Positions 1 to 12,834 of a stretch of DNA of 60,000 nucleotides are shown piece after piece. Made by a program: the position numbers and the translations under genes. The stretch is from Camelus dromedarius. Its lineage: Eukaryota. The stretch covers positions 98,644,001 through 98,704,000 of the forward strand of contig NC_087437.1 of assembly GCF_036321535.1 (NCBI RefSeq), written 5' to 3'. The notes under the pieces were generated by a model. The model was given only the letters and a program-made list of their open reading frames with translations, ran no database searches and was not told the origin of the DNA. The first letter of the stretch is position 1. Each line of letters opens with the position of its first letter.

Positions 1-539
1 ATTCAACATCCCAACGCAATAAGAACTAAATCACCTTCATGTAACATGGAGACGTTCCGAGAATTTTATGAGCAGCTATGTGGAAGTCTAAGTTCTTGGC
101 CCTGATATCCAGGACTCTGAGAACAGAACCGCAGACAGATCATCTTTCTGTAGCATTCATTGTCATGAACTGGAACATTATTAGTTGGATAGTGACACAA
201 AGTTCTGATCTTGCACAAAACGGAAGCATTTTCCTCAGCACGATGTGGCGTTTCCATGAGTCTGTCTTTAAGATTCATCCTGCAGCATCAAAATGGGACT
301 GTATGAGGTACTTTATGTAAAGCCAAAAAAAACTATGTTAAAAATTTAAACATACACAGAATATAGAATTGTGCTGGAGCGCTCATATACCACCACTTAA
401 ATTCTACAATTACCATTTTTATAATTGCCTTATCATCTGTCTACTTACAAATATTAAGTCATTCTATCCATATGCATGGCCATGCTCTCCATTTATTTAT
501 CTTTTTGTCCTTCTATAGTTTAACTCATTTCTTCTTTAA

Positions 540-2010
540 AGGTGTGTGGATTTTTGTTAGTTCAATTCTTAGTTTGTTAATATGGTGAATTGTGTTTTCT
601 TTATTTTTTAAATTTTCTTAACTGGTTATTTCTAGTCTAGAAAAACATTACTGAATTTTTAAATGGACTCTCAATTTGTCACTAAGTTCTAGAGTTTATT
701 GATTCTTTGGGGTTTTCCATGTAGTTGAGCATACATCTTCTGTAAGTATTAACATTTTTCCCTACCAATACTAACATCTCTGGTGTGTGTGTGTGTGTGT
801 TTATTTTGTGTGTGTGTGTGACTTACTGTAATGCAAAGCAAAGTATCTATTGCTATGTGGAGCAATACAGGTGTGAGCCATCTTCCTCCTCTTATTTCGG
901 TCTCCCAGAGATTGTATCTAAGGTTTCTGCCTTAATGTGATGTTTGCTCTTGGATTTGGTATGGCGTTTTTAACGGTAAAATTAAGAGCAGTCCATTCTA
1001 TACTTGACTTTCTGAGAACCTGTGTCAGACACAGAGTGAAATTTATCAAATACTCTTTCTGCTTCTATTGGGATAATTATGTGAATACACTTTTTTTTAA
1101 ATTTATTAATGTGGTGAGTTATTCTAACAGATTTTTCTGATGTGAAAACATTCCTGCCTTCCTAGGATAAATCTTATTTATCATGCTGTGCTAATATTAT
1201 TATTATTTAACTCTGGATTACATTTAGCTATTACTTTAATTAGGACTTTTCATCTTTGCTTACAAGAGTTATGGGCTCCTATCTTTCTTTTTTATGTACG
1301 GTCATTATCTGGTTTTGAAATTAAGGTTACACTAGTCTTCTAAAATGACTTGGTCAATATTTCCTTCTTCTCTATTTTCTGAAAGAATTTGTAATAAAAT
1401 ATAGATTATATATGCCTTGAAATTGTGATCAGATCCAGTGTAGAACTCTCTTGGCCAGGGGCTCTCTATTTTAGTGAGGGGAGAGGGGGGTTGATTATTT
1501 TTTAGTTTAATTGTTATTAATCTAGTCAAGATTATATTATTTTTATGCCAGTTTTTACATCCTATAATATGCAAAAATTTATCTATCATATGATTTTCAA
1601 ATGTGTTGCTTCGTAGTTCTACATGACATTTTATTGCATTTTCAGTCTGTACTTTACCTGTAGTTATTTCTCCTTTATCATTCTTGTTTTGAGTTGTAGC
1701 CTCTCCTCCTCTCCTTCATCTCTCATTGTCTATAGCGTAAATTCATACAAAGAAACCAACTTCTGGTTGTATTTGCTTCTCTCTCTCTCCCGCTCTCTTT
1801 TAGTTTTTGATTGTAATGTTTTCTCTCTCCTTCTTCCTGTCTTATTTATATAGATTGTTGCTTTTTTCCAAATTGTTTAGCTAACCATTTATCAAAGCTG
1901 TTTTTAATTTATTCCTTTATGGTAATTTACTTGGTACTAAAATTTCCTCTAATTACTACTTTGCCTTTGTTCTATATTTTTATTGACATTTTCTTCCATG
2001 CGTTTAAAAA
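540..2010 (-). mobile_element. Ancient L1 (L1M-type) ORF2 remnant, antisense
   Basis: T-rich tract with typical antisense L1 ORF2 phrases (aaggttacactagtcttctaaaatgacttggtcaatatttccttcttctctattttctgaaagaatttg; tttattgattctttggggttttccatgtag). Heavily decayed, no intact ORF. Confidence 0.75.
783..820. repeat. Interrupted (GT)n microsatellite
   Basis: Two GT runs separated by a short T-rich spacer, read directly. Confidence 0.95.
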
Positions 2011-2479
2011 ATACTTGAACCCCATCTTGGGGAACCAGCATTTCTATGCTTATAGTACACTCAGGTGGGCTGACTGGGTCACTGTGGAGCTCTTGCCAGA
2101 GGGCCCTGAATTCTGCCACTGGAGATCTAGAAAGCTGACAGATGACCAGGTGTGTGCCCTGGCTTGTTGAACCTTTGCAGTCAGCAGAGGGCTTTGGAGC
2201 TGGCTGCAGGATCGCCGAAGAACATGAGTCTCCTGTAAGACCTTCCGCCAACATGCCTGGCCCAGTACTTTGGAATTTGTCTTAGCTTTGAGTGTTTTTA
2301 ATATGCAGTTACTACTAGTGCATTATAGGAAGCCTGGCAAGTACTTATGAAATATATTTGTGTATTAGTATGTCTCACCCATATATCCGTCACTCATAGT
2401 TAACTACTATCAGTTAACTATACTATCAGGTTTTTGACGGTTTATTTACATGTTTGTTTCTTTGTTCATTTTACGTATA

Positions 2480-3120
2480 ATAATAAAATAAACGCTCACA
2501 TACCTATCGCTGAGGTTCCTTTGAAGCTTCCTGAGTGCATTCTCCTTTCCTTCCCCTCTAGAAGTAACAGCAGCCCTGGATTTTATATTGGTCAATTCGT
2601 TGACTAGTTTTTCTTTATAGTTTTGCCATAATACCATATATAGTTTTTAATCTTAATTTAAATGAATCCATTCTTTTCTTCTGTGACTTTCCTTTCTTGC
2701 TCAATACTAAGTTTTTGCTCTTCGATCTCATTTAAATATACAACTATAACTAATTACTTTTTGTTCCTGTGTAGCATTCCATTTTATAAAGATACCACAA
2801 TTTGCTTTTCTGTTCTATTCTTGGTGGGCATTTGGGTTGTTTCCTGCTCCCTGTTCTTACAAACAGTACTACTGGGGAAATTCTGCACATCTCCTCTGGT
2901 TCACACGCATGAGAGCTTCTCTAGGGGATAGTCTCCAGCCTGAAACTGATGCTTCCCAGGGTTTGTGCATCATCAGCTTCAATGCCACGTTGTTTCCCAA
3001 ACGGTTGCATCCTCACTGTGTGAGAGTTCCTGTTGCTCCACATCCTTGACAACATTTTGCATTATCAGTCTTTTTTATTGTAGCCAATTTGGTGGGTGAG
3101 AACAAGTATGCCATTGTGAC
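2480..3120 (-). mobile_element. L1ME-like 3' end, antisense
   Basis: gtagcattccattttataaagataccacaatttg...gggcatttgggttgtttcc...gagagttcctgttgctccacatccttgacaacat matches the antisense L1 ORF2 C-terminus/3'UTR. Confidence 0.8.
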
Positions 3121-3250
3121 TATATATGTATATATGTATGTATATATGTATATATATTTCTAATAATTATTCCTTAACCTGTAGATTATTTATTGATAAC
3201 TTAGTTTTAAGCATATGAGATTTTAAAGATTTATATATATATATATATTT
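3121..3250. repeat. (TA)n/(TATATG)n simple repeats
   Basis: TA-rich runs at about 3121-3156 and 3232-3248. Confidence 0.85.
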
Positions 3251-3259
3251 TTTTTCATT

Positions 3260-3940
3260 TATTAAATTATGATCAGAAAATATAATCCCCAAAGTGATGG
3301 TTAATTGGAAGTAAATGTGTCCCTTTTACTTGGAAAATAGTACATCAACTACTCTTCTGTTTGAAAAAAGTATATATTTTCCATTTGTTTGGTAAACTTT
3401 TAATATATTTATACACCATATGTGGTTTAGTCTGATAGATAATTTAGTTTAAATCCTTTATAACTTGTTTGTTTTTATCTATATATGTGTTAGCTTCTGA
3501 GTGAAATGTTAATTTCCAACTGCAATGTTTAATCTAGGTACTGTTCATATAAATATATATACACACACACACACATTTCTATATATATATATATATTTGG
3601 AAGTGTGTTTATGTTGTTAAGTACATATATTTTGATGATCATTGTAACTTCTTAATCTACTTTTCCTTTTGTTAACCTCCTACTTGGTGACTTAGTTTTA
3701 AGTTTTTAAATTTTTGATTAAACTATACTTTTTCCTAAATAAAATTTGTTGTATTCTTCTGTTGCTCATATATGACCATTATATCTGTTCCCACCCCTTT
3801 GTCTTCAGCCTTTTTATTTTGTTTCAAGTTTGTCTCTTATTGATAGCACATGACTGGATATATATTTTTAGAAATCCAGTCTGAGAATCTGCCATTTGAT
3901 TTGAGAATTTGATCTATTGACATTTTTTCCCCTGACAATT
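3260..3940 (-). mobile_element. Ancient L1 endonuclease/inter-ORF region remnant
   Basis: tctcttattgatagcacatgactggatata...aatccagtctgagaatctgccatttgatttgagaatttgatctattgacatt resembles the antisense 5' part of L1M ORF2. Confidence 0.6.
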
Positions 3941-3951
3941 GATCAATCTAT

Positions 3952-3995
<44 letters not shown>
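3952..3995. repeat. (TCTA)11 tetranucleotide microsatellite
   Basis: Perfect TCTA array, read directly. Confidence 0.95.
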
Positions 3996-4024
3996 CCTGC
4001 CTAACTTTGTATCACTATTTGTCA

Positions 4025-4635
4025 TTTGACCATACCTCTCCATCCTCAGCACTGTCAGCCTGGGCCAAGCCGCCAGCATCTCTGACCTGCCCTTTGGCAA
4101 TAACCTCTTTACTGCCCTTGTTGCTCCCACAGCTGCTCCTCCACAGCTTACCTCAACTCAGAAGCCAGTCTGAGTCTGTGTTAATGTACTCAAAACCTTT
4201 CTATGCATTCTCATCTCGTTCAGAGTAAAAGACAAAAATCTTTACAATGATTTCTCAGACCTGACGTCATCTGCACCCCTCATCGTTTCTCTGACAGCAT
4301 TGCCTCATACTCTCCCCTTACTCACCAGCCATGCTGACCTCCCTTTTTTTCTGAACAGGCCAGGTTTGTTCCCCTCCACAGTTCTGTTCTCTCTTCCTGG
4401 AGTACTCTGCCACTGCTTTCTTAAGAGTTTATTCCCTCACCTCCTTAAAGCTTTGACTCAAATTTCAACTACTTAATTGCAAACCAAACCCAGCCACCCC
4501 TTAACCTCTTCCCTGATTTATTTTTTCCATAGCACTTATCATTCTTAATTTGCCATATTATTTTTTCATTTATTTTTATTATCTCTCCCAAGGGGCTGTT
4601 AGTTAATAGACACACAATAAAAATCTGCTTAAGTA
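4025..4635 (+). mobile_element. L2a 3' fragment
   Basis: ctccatcctcagcactgtcagcctgggccaagccgccagcatctct...ttttttccatagcacttatc...caataaaaatctg follows the L2 3' consensus order. Confidence 0.8.
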
Positions 4636-4699
4636 ATAGCAGATTATAATTACTGACTTATTAGACCTAGTTTTTCCATCTCATTTCATGTTTTTGCCT

Positions 4700-5860
4700 T
4701 ACCATACTTTCTTTTCTACCTTCTCATACCTTTAATAAATAGAAATTCTTTTTGTTGGACTGAAAGTCATACATTCTGTTTTCATTCTTCTATTGTTTTC
4801 CCCCAAGGGTTTTTGTGTATTTCCAAAGCTTATCAATCTCTAGCATTTCCCCAATATAAGAGGAAAACCTCAGCACGATCTCGTACCTCTCTGGTCGTCT
4901 TCCCCTACCCCTTGGTCTTAATTTTACTGTGTTAGAATTATCTAGAATTTTAGCTATGAATATATTATATTGACAGAAATAAACTTTATTTAGCTTTTTA
5001 TTCATTTCACTTTTCATATATTTTCAGTCCTCTTGCATTTATTTTCCTTTTTATTGAAATACTTCCTCCGGAAATGTTTTCATGGCAAGTATCTGTGGGC
5101 CTGACAATATCTTTTTGCAAGTTCATATTTCAATAATAATTTAGCTGAATAAAACATTCTAAGTTCAAGATTCTCCTCATTCCATGTGTTGAGTAATACT
5201 TTAATACCTTCCTGGATACCTGATGATATTGTTCTTTGCCCATTCTTTGCCCATTTGTAGGTAAACTGCTCTTATTTGTATCTGAAAATGTTCTTAGAAT
5301 TTTCTCTTTGTCTTTAGTGTGTACTCTAATATGTCTAATTGTTGGATTTTGTATTTTTTAAAAGTTCATCTTTTAGTTGCTCTATAGGCCTTTTCAACTT
5401 GCTGTATTTCCTTACTTTGAATGCCTACTGTTACTTGTTATCAATCATTAATTTGTTTCCTCACTTGCGTTTTTACCAGTGACATTTTTCTTTCTCTCAT
5501 TCATCTTGCCTAGTTTTATAGTTTTTCTGCTCCCTTTCCTGATTCATTCTGAAATACATTTTTAACATGAGCTTTCTGTTTTCTAGTTTGTTCTCCCCTG
5601 AATCCTCTCTGCTATTTATCACACTCATTGAATTTTTATTTCCATCATTTTTCACATCCATTAGTTCCGTTTCATTCTTGTTCATAATTTAAATGTTATT
5701 AGTATCTCCCTACCCATATGTTTTTAAATGTTCATTATTTTTAAGTTCTTGTTTTATTTGATTCATTAAGTCTCCTTATTTCTCTATATTATTCAATTTT
5801 CATTTTTGTTTTTGTTTATTTTTTTATTTAATAACAACTGTGCTCCTCAAATGACTTATG
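4700..5860 (-). mobile_element. Ancient L1/HAL1 ORF1 remnant, antisense
   Basis: ORF 5497..5685(-), KNSMSVINSREDSGENKLENRKL...NQEREQKN, resembles the L1 ORF1p coiled coil. 5100-5350 resembles the antisense ORF1 C-terminus. Confidence 0.65.
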
Positions 5861-6444
5861 GGGTCTTTTTCTTCTAGGGTTACCCGTATTGTGACTGACA
5901 ATGTGCCTCTAGATAGGGGTTGAAAAATTAAAATCCAAGTGAGAGACTTTCTTCCCTTCTGGTGACTTTAGATTTCAGTGGGCAGACAGCCATTGGATTT
6001 ACAATCTGGATTTAATCATTTCCATTTGTTATTCTCACCATGTGACTTTGTCCTCAAAGAACTTCCTTGTATCTCTTCCTTGGACCCCTCCAAGAGCAAG
6101 CTCAGAGGCCAGTATACTTGCTATGGCATATATTCTCATTAAGTGTACAGTTACTTCTTAATTCTGAATTGTACAAATTCAGTATAATTGAGTGTAATAG
6201 TTGACACGTATTCTGTTGATATGATATTATCTTCTATTTTTTAATACCTCTGGTAGGTTCAACACAGAAAGGTTTTTAAAAGTAAAATATTTTATAATGA
6301 TTTTCAGTTAAAGAAAAAATGTTGAAAGACCAAGTATCTTAATAAAGGGACAACTCACTTTCAGCCAGTGTTATAAAACAATTTGAAAAGTGAGACTGAA
6401 CCGGCAAAGAAAAATTTAGGAAAAGGAGGCAGAAAGTGAACCGA

Positions 6445-8045
6445 TAAAGACCTATTCAGAATATGAAAAGAATGCTTATAACCCAACAGTAAAAAAGACA
6501 AATAACCCAATCCAAAGTGGGCAAATACCCAAATGGAAATTTTTAGAAAAGAGATATTAAAAAGAGCAAATAAGCACATAATAAGATACTTAATGTCATT
6601 AATCACTAGGGAAATGCAAATCAAAACTATAAGGAGGTATCACTTCACACCAGGATGGCAACGACGATTTTTTTTAAAGGAAAAGAACAGGTGTTGGTGA
6701 AATTGTAGAGAAAATGGAATGCTAATGTGCCACTGGGAGTAGCGTAACATGACAAAGTTGCTGTGTTATGTAATTTGTGGCTCCTTAAAAATTTAAACAT
6801 AGAATTGCCACATGCCCCAGCAATGCCACTCCTAGGTATATACCCAAGATAATTTTAAACATATGTTCACCCAAATACTTGCACACAAAAATTCACAGCG
6901 ATTTTATTCAGAGTAGCCATAAAGTAGAGAAAGTTCAAATGTCCATCAACTGACAAATGAATAAAAAATGCTGTTATGTCATACAATTATTCAACCACAA
7001 AAAGAAGTGAAATGCTATTATATGCTACCAATGGATGAGCCTAGAAAACATGTTAAGCAAAAAAAGCCAGACACAAAATGTCACATGTTGTATGATATCT
7101 TATACATGGGATGTCTAGAACAGACAAATCCACACAGAACATAGATTAATGGTTGCCTAAGGAGTGAGTGTGTGTATGTGTGTGTTGGGGAGGGTGGTGA
7201 TTGACATGAATGACTAATAGATACTGGATTTTGTTTGGGGATGATAAAAATGGTCTGGAATTAAATAATGGTGATGGTTGTACAACCTAGTGACTTCACT
7301 AAAAACAAAATCTTTAAATTGTACGTTTTAAAGTAGGGGGGTGGGGAGAGGAAAGAAATAGGTGAGGGAGATTAAGAGATGCAAATTTCCAGTTGCAAAA
7401 TAAATGAGTCATGGGTATGAAATGTACAGTGTAGGGAATGTAGTCAATAATTATGTACTATTTTAGTATAGTGACAGATGGTAACTGGACTTATCATGGT
7501 GATCATTTTGTAATGTATAGAAATATCGAATCATTATGTTGTGTAACAGGAACTAATATAATTTTGTAGGTCAATTATGCTTCAAAAATGAACAAGCAGA
7601 GAAACAAACAAACAAACTCATAGAAAAAGAGATCCGATTGGTGGTTACCAGCGATGCGAGGAGGGGAGGAGGGGAAATTGGACGTTGACAGTCAAAAGGT
7701 ACAAACTTCCAGTTATAAGATAAATATGTACTAGTGATGTAGTGTACATGATCAATATAATTAGCACTGCTGTGTGTCCTATATGAAAGTTGTTAAGAGA
7801 ATAAATGCTGAGTTCTCATCACAAGGAAAAACTTTTTTTTATTTCTTTAATTTTGTATCTATATGAGATGACAGATGTTCACTAAAATCATCGTGCTAAT
7901 CATTTCGTGAAGTATGTAAGTCAAACCACAATGCTGTACATCTTACATGTATACAGTGCTGTATGTCACTTATATCTCAATAAAACTGGAAGAAAAATTA
8001 AATAGTGAATTTTATGTTATGTGAATTATGTCAATTAAAAAAACT
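6445..8045 (+). mobile_element. L1MB-like 3' end, interrupted by a younger L1 at 7335-7998
   Basis: cactagggaaatgcaaatcaaaacta; cagcaatgccactcctaggtatatacccaag; ggggatgataaaaatggtctggaattaaataatggtgatggttgtacaac. The terminal gtgaattttatgttatgtgaattat and A-tail resume at about 8000. Confidence 0.85.
7335..7998 (+). mobile_element. 5'-truncated L1 3'UTR (L1MA9/L1_Art-like) nested in the L1MB
   Basis: aaggtacaaacttccagttataagataaat...gagttctcatcacaagg...tatatctcaataaaactggaa. Short degenerate flanking repeat ttaaa(g)tag. Confidence 0.8.
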
Positions 8046-8899
8046 GAAGTATATATGATTAATTGAGTTGTACATTATTTTCAGTAATCTTTTCCATCAC
8101 TATTAATATTTTTAATTAATTAAGAGCTAGAGCACCTTTTTATTTAAGAATGGCCCTTCCTCAAAACACAGTATTGAAGGCTGACTCTTCACAGTTTCAT
8201 TCTCTAATTGCAGAGAATAGCTTTCTAACTCTACCTGAACAATGTGCATACAGACTCTAAGTTCTTTTAGCATGCCCCAAATATTTGTAGGCTACTTATT
8301 AAAAATTCAGTGATGCTTATAATTTATTTTCCAAATGATTATTGGTAGGTCTTTATAGTAATTTGTAATAAAATATTTTTTATCGATGTTCATTCCCAAA
8401 GACACTATTAAGATAAGAGTCTCATATATAGGGATGGAATGAGAGGAGCCTTTGCATTTTCTCCCATTTGGTTAAGAAACAATTTCACATCCTGAACTAC
8501 TACAGATACTATAAAAAGGATTTCATCCAAGGAAAAGAGTTTTAAATGATTAAGCTGAAAAGGATAAATAATCCATTAGTAATAATGACTCAGTTTTGCT
8601 CATTTTAACTACAGATGGAGTTTCCCACTTAGAGACACCAGTAGTTTAGTGTGTTGGGTATAAGATAATAAAGTTTAGGTCAAAACAAGACCCGAAGTTT
8701 CCTACCTTATACTTAAGGTATTTGTCCAAGAAGCAACTCTTGATTCTCCCCTTTCCTCAGAAAAAAAATTTATACCCAAATTAAACCCATGACTTTTCAG
8801 CTTTTCCCATGTCCAAGAAGTAGTCATCTCTCATGCCTTGCTGTCTAATATCAGCCATACTCAATCCAACACTGCAGTGTGCATCCACTGCAATTTGAC

Positions 8900-9345
8900 C
8901 TTTAAGTATAATGTGAACATTCTTGCAGTGAGGAGACTCCCTCAGTGGTTGGGTCATTGTAGGAGAGAGAGCTCATCATCTGAGCATAGAAGCTAAAGGG
9001 AGGCAAATTATCCCTCTCCTGCTCCCAGAGTCATCAGGGCATTGCCCCATAAATTATGCTCAGGTAAGTGAATGCTCCAGCTGGGACTTTGACTCTTGAT
9101 AGGGAAAGATGCAAAGATACAGGGGTAGTTTGAGACTGTCCACAGTAGCCGTGGTTTCATTGAGATTCCAGCTAGCTGAATTTGGCTATGTTCTTGGCTA
9201 TCTTTTCTTTTGTTCTCACCTGCTTCCCAAGCTCAGTCTTCCAATTTCTCTTCAATTCTGCTAGTTTCTTGCTATCTTTCCAATAATTTTTTCTTTTTCT
9301 AGAGTTGGTTTTTGTTGTTTTCAACCAAGAAGCTTGATCAGCACA
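8900..9345 (+). mobile_element. Old ERVL/MaLR-class LTR remnant
   Basis: 3' end agagttggtttttgttgttttcaaccaagaagcttgatcagcaca resembles LTR16/LTR33/MLT1 termini. The 5' boundary is uncertain. Confidence 0.55.
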
Positions 9346-9384
9346 GTTGCTAAATACTTTCCATTTTACTTCCTAACTGACTTT

Positions 9385-10072
9385 AAAACCATCCACTTGT
9401 CTCAATCTCCATCACTCCTACCAACCAAATCCAAGCCACAGCATCTTTTTCTCACATCTGCTCTTCCTAACTCTTCTTCCCATAGCCATGCCGATCCCTT
9501 TGGGATCCATCCTACTTCCTACAGCTGGAGGGAGCTCTTGAAAACGTAAACTGATCATTTCACCCTGCTGAAATCCTTCCATGGATTCTTGAGATAAAGA
9601 CCAAAGCCCAGCATTGATCTGGTCTGTACTTAATTTCTTGCATCGATTTAACCTTGGCTTTCTGTGTGTTGACCTCACTGACTTTCAAATTTTAGGTGAA
9701 TCATGTTGCTCCCTGCCACAGGACAATTACCTGGAATTTCTTTTCATTCATTTAATAAATATTATTTGAGAGTGCCCCTTTCACCTAGTTAATTCTATTC
9801 CACCTCTAAACCAAAATCCAAACATCCTCTTACTCCTCAGTGCACGTAGGCTTTCTTTGTCATAAACCCAGGTTCTTTGTCTTGAGAGCCCATGGGGCAA
9901 CATTTGTAACTGTACACCTCACAGTGTGATTTTATGATTGTCTATCCCCCTTACTGGGCTGGAAATCTTAAGGTGGTCAGGAATCACATCGGTTTGTACT
10001 TCTTATTGCATGCCTGTTACCAGCACAGTGCCTAGAAACTACTAAATATTCTATTAATATATCTTAAATGAA
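9385..10072 (+). mobile_element. L2 3' fragment
   Basis: tctccatcactcctaccaaccaaatccaagccacagcatc; aaactgatcatttcaccctgctgaaatccttccatgg; cagcacagtgcctag near the end. Confidence 0.8.
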
Positions 10073-10769
10073 ATATTCATCAAATATTTCACAGAATATG
10101 ACTTAGATTTAAAGGGCTATTACAATATATTTCTATAATTTAAATATATGTAGTGTAATGTCTTCTTCGTGGTTCCACCTTGCTAAACTTTGCGGTTTAT
10201 CTCTAGATTTCTAGAAGTGAATGTTTCCCTGTCATTCCTGTTCTCATTCTTGCTTCCTTTGCTGTCTTATTTCTTGCACTGTACTTCTCTGAGAAAGCAG
10301 TGTTTGAGATCAGGTAGCCTGAGTTTATTGAAGTTTCTCAATTGAAAGCCAATTATCTTAAATCCTCCTATTGACTTCTAAACTGACCTTCCACTAAGAA
10401 AAAGAGTTTATCTGAAGGCAAAAAAAATGGCAGCTTTCCTGTTGAAGATTCTTCGTCCAAGCTTGACATATAGAAATATTCTCTCTCCCCCTGAATTTCA
10501 CTTAGCCATAAGTTTAAAGCTCGAGTTTCAATTATAAGAGCTGACAAATATTTAACACAGAAAAAAAAAATGAATGGCTGGTTCCAAATAACACACTGTT
10601 CTTTGAGAAAGATCACTTAAAGTATCAAATTTATCTCAGTCTCATTATCAATTGTTCCGAAAGTCTCTTTTGGGTCATTTATCTTTGTGATTATTGTTTT
10701 AATCCATATATTGGCATTTAGATAGTTGGGACAGATGGACAATATCTAAAAAATATTTTAAACATGTAT

Positions 10770-11620
10770 AAAAATGCACCCATTATACCCTTACTAAAAT
10801 ATTAATGACAAAGGAACTAAATGTAATGTGTTCATTTTTACAATAACTTTAAAGAATTCATGTTTAATTAAAAGTGATGTATAAATCATGCTGTTTGCTA
10901 GCACTGTTGACTGTGCTGTTCCCATTCTGCCAAACTTAATATAAAATTAATTGTTAATTTTCAGGCGAGTAGTCTGCTCTTCACCAAGACATATGCTGAT
11001 TGTTTAGACATGGCTGAGTGAAATATTAAACTTCATAACTGAGAGCTCTCTTATGATGTGATGGCTTAAAGTCATTCTCAGGATTTGACACTACTCTCAC
11101 TATAGAAGTTTGCCCCTTTTTAGATATTGAAAAGAATATTTTGAAATCTAACTTTCAAGACATGCTATGCATCAAGTCTACTTCACATTCAGTTGAATCG
11201 TTACTATTTCTGTAAAGTGCACTTAGCATTAAGGGTAGTATGACCTTGTCAGGTGGTAAAGAATGGCTTATCTTTTGCACAATCGCATACACAGTCGTGG
11301 ACCAATCTAAACTTTTCTCACTTTTTAAGACTTGAAGACCTCTGGGTTAGTCTGACCTTACATAAACAAATATAGCATTTCAGCAGCCTTTCACATGCTT
11401 GTTCCGAACAAAGCTTCAAGCCAAAATAGCCACCAACTCCAAAATAAGTGATGATTAACTTAGGGAGTACTTGGCTCTATCTTCAAGAAGGTTAACATGA
11501 CCTCAAATGACAAAATTATACTACTTACTTATATTGTATGCATTTCATGTGCTGTTAGGATAATGGCTATTTCATTTTTGAAGGAGGCTGGACTGAAAAA
11601 AATTTGACCAGTAAATGTTT
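10770..11620. mobile_element. Possible ancient DNA transposon (hAT-like) internal remnant
   Basis: Block unlike LINE/SINE debris, with stop-poor frames. Plus strand 11379-11417 translates FSSLSHACSEQSF, weakly like the hAT dimerisation motif. No TIRs identified. Confidence 0.4.
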
Positions 11621-12354
11621 CTGTGACATTGCTCTCCTTGAAACCAGTCTCTAAACTTACCAAATTACTTTTATTTCTACCACTTTTTATTTTGCCTGAT
11701 ATTAAAGCACACCGACTCCTTCATTAAATAGAAACCCAATTCCCTTTCTCTAGGTGAATGAAAAGAATATTTCCCCATATTTTCACCCAATAAACGACAG
11801 TACAGAGACCTTATCTTTCCCAATCTCTGCAACACCTCCACTGAGTAGTCCATCCCACCCAACTAGGCTTGTGAAGGTCACTCTCTCAGGCCAAGCACTT
11901 TGTGCCCTCTGTGCTCCTGTCTTTCCCATTGCCTAGGATGACTTCTTTCCACCTGACATTTTCTTCTTCTTAATATCTGGACACTCAACACTTTTCATGA
12001 TTTTCTTTCCAGCTCATTATCTTGATGGGTGAAGACCATGTTTGGGAAACACTGCCATTGCTGCATGTAACCAGAGTTTCTTAGGCTTTCTAGAAATTCA
12101 GCTCTGAATCTCCCCACTTATCTTTCACTCAAGGAATCAAGTTGGAATATGAGTGAGAATGTAGTTATTATACACCATATATTCAAGCCATTGTTTTAAA
12201 TGAAGTAACTGGCAAGGTTTTGTAAATTCTTTTTTTTTGCAGCAAATTGCTTGTGACCCATGTAGGATGTCACGACATTTGATTAAAAAGCACTGACCCA
12301 GTCAGACTGAACTGCGTTTATTTATCAAGGCCCAACTCAAATCTACTGTAGTTC

Positions 12355-12478
12355 AGAGTGTATTCATTTATTTGTTTATTCATTCACTCAGCCATTATTT
12401 ATTGCCAGGACCAGACACTGCACAAGGTGTTGGGCTGTAAAAAGACAAATGGAAGAAAAATCCCTGTTATCAAAACAA
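12355..12478 (-). mobile_element. L2 3' terminus
   Basis: attcatttatttgtttattcattcactcagccattatttattgccaggaccagacactgcacaaggtgttggg is the antisense L2 tail. Confidence 0.7.
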
Positions 12479-12834
12479 ACATGCTGTACTCCCCCAGTTC
12501 TTTCTTTGTGACAGAAACTTCTAGCACTTTTGAGGTGAGCTTATAGAAAACCTCAGAATCTTTCTGAACATAGCTCTCTAAGCAACTACTAATATATTAG
12601 AGACAACATAGAGATAGACATTTCTACTATAGCTAAACAGACAGATGCATACAAAATGAGTAAAATGTAAGTTGTCGAGTCAAGTAAAAACTATGAAACG
12701 TATAATTTCTGTACAGCACGGTTAGGTCCTGTGTGAGAGTCAAAGAAATAATCTAAATAGAAAGAATAAAGGATTTAGATACAGTCTCCATGCATTATTT
12801 CAGTTTTCTCTTCTCTGAGCCATTATATAACCTT

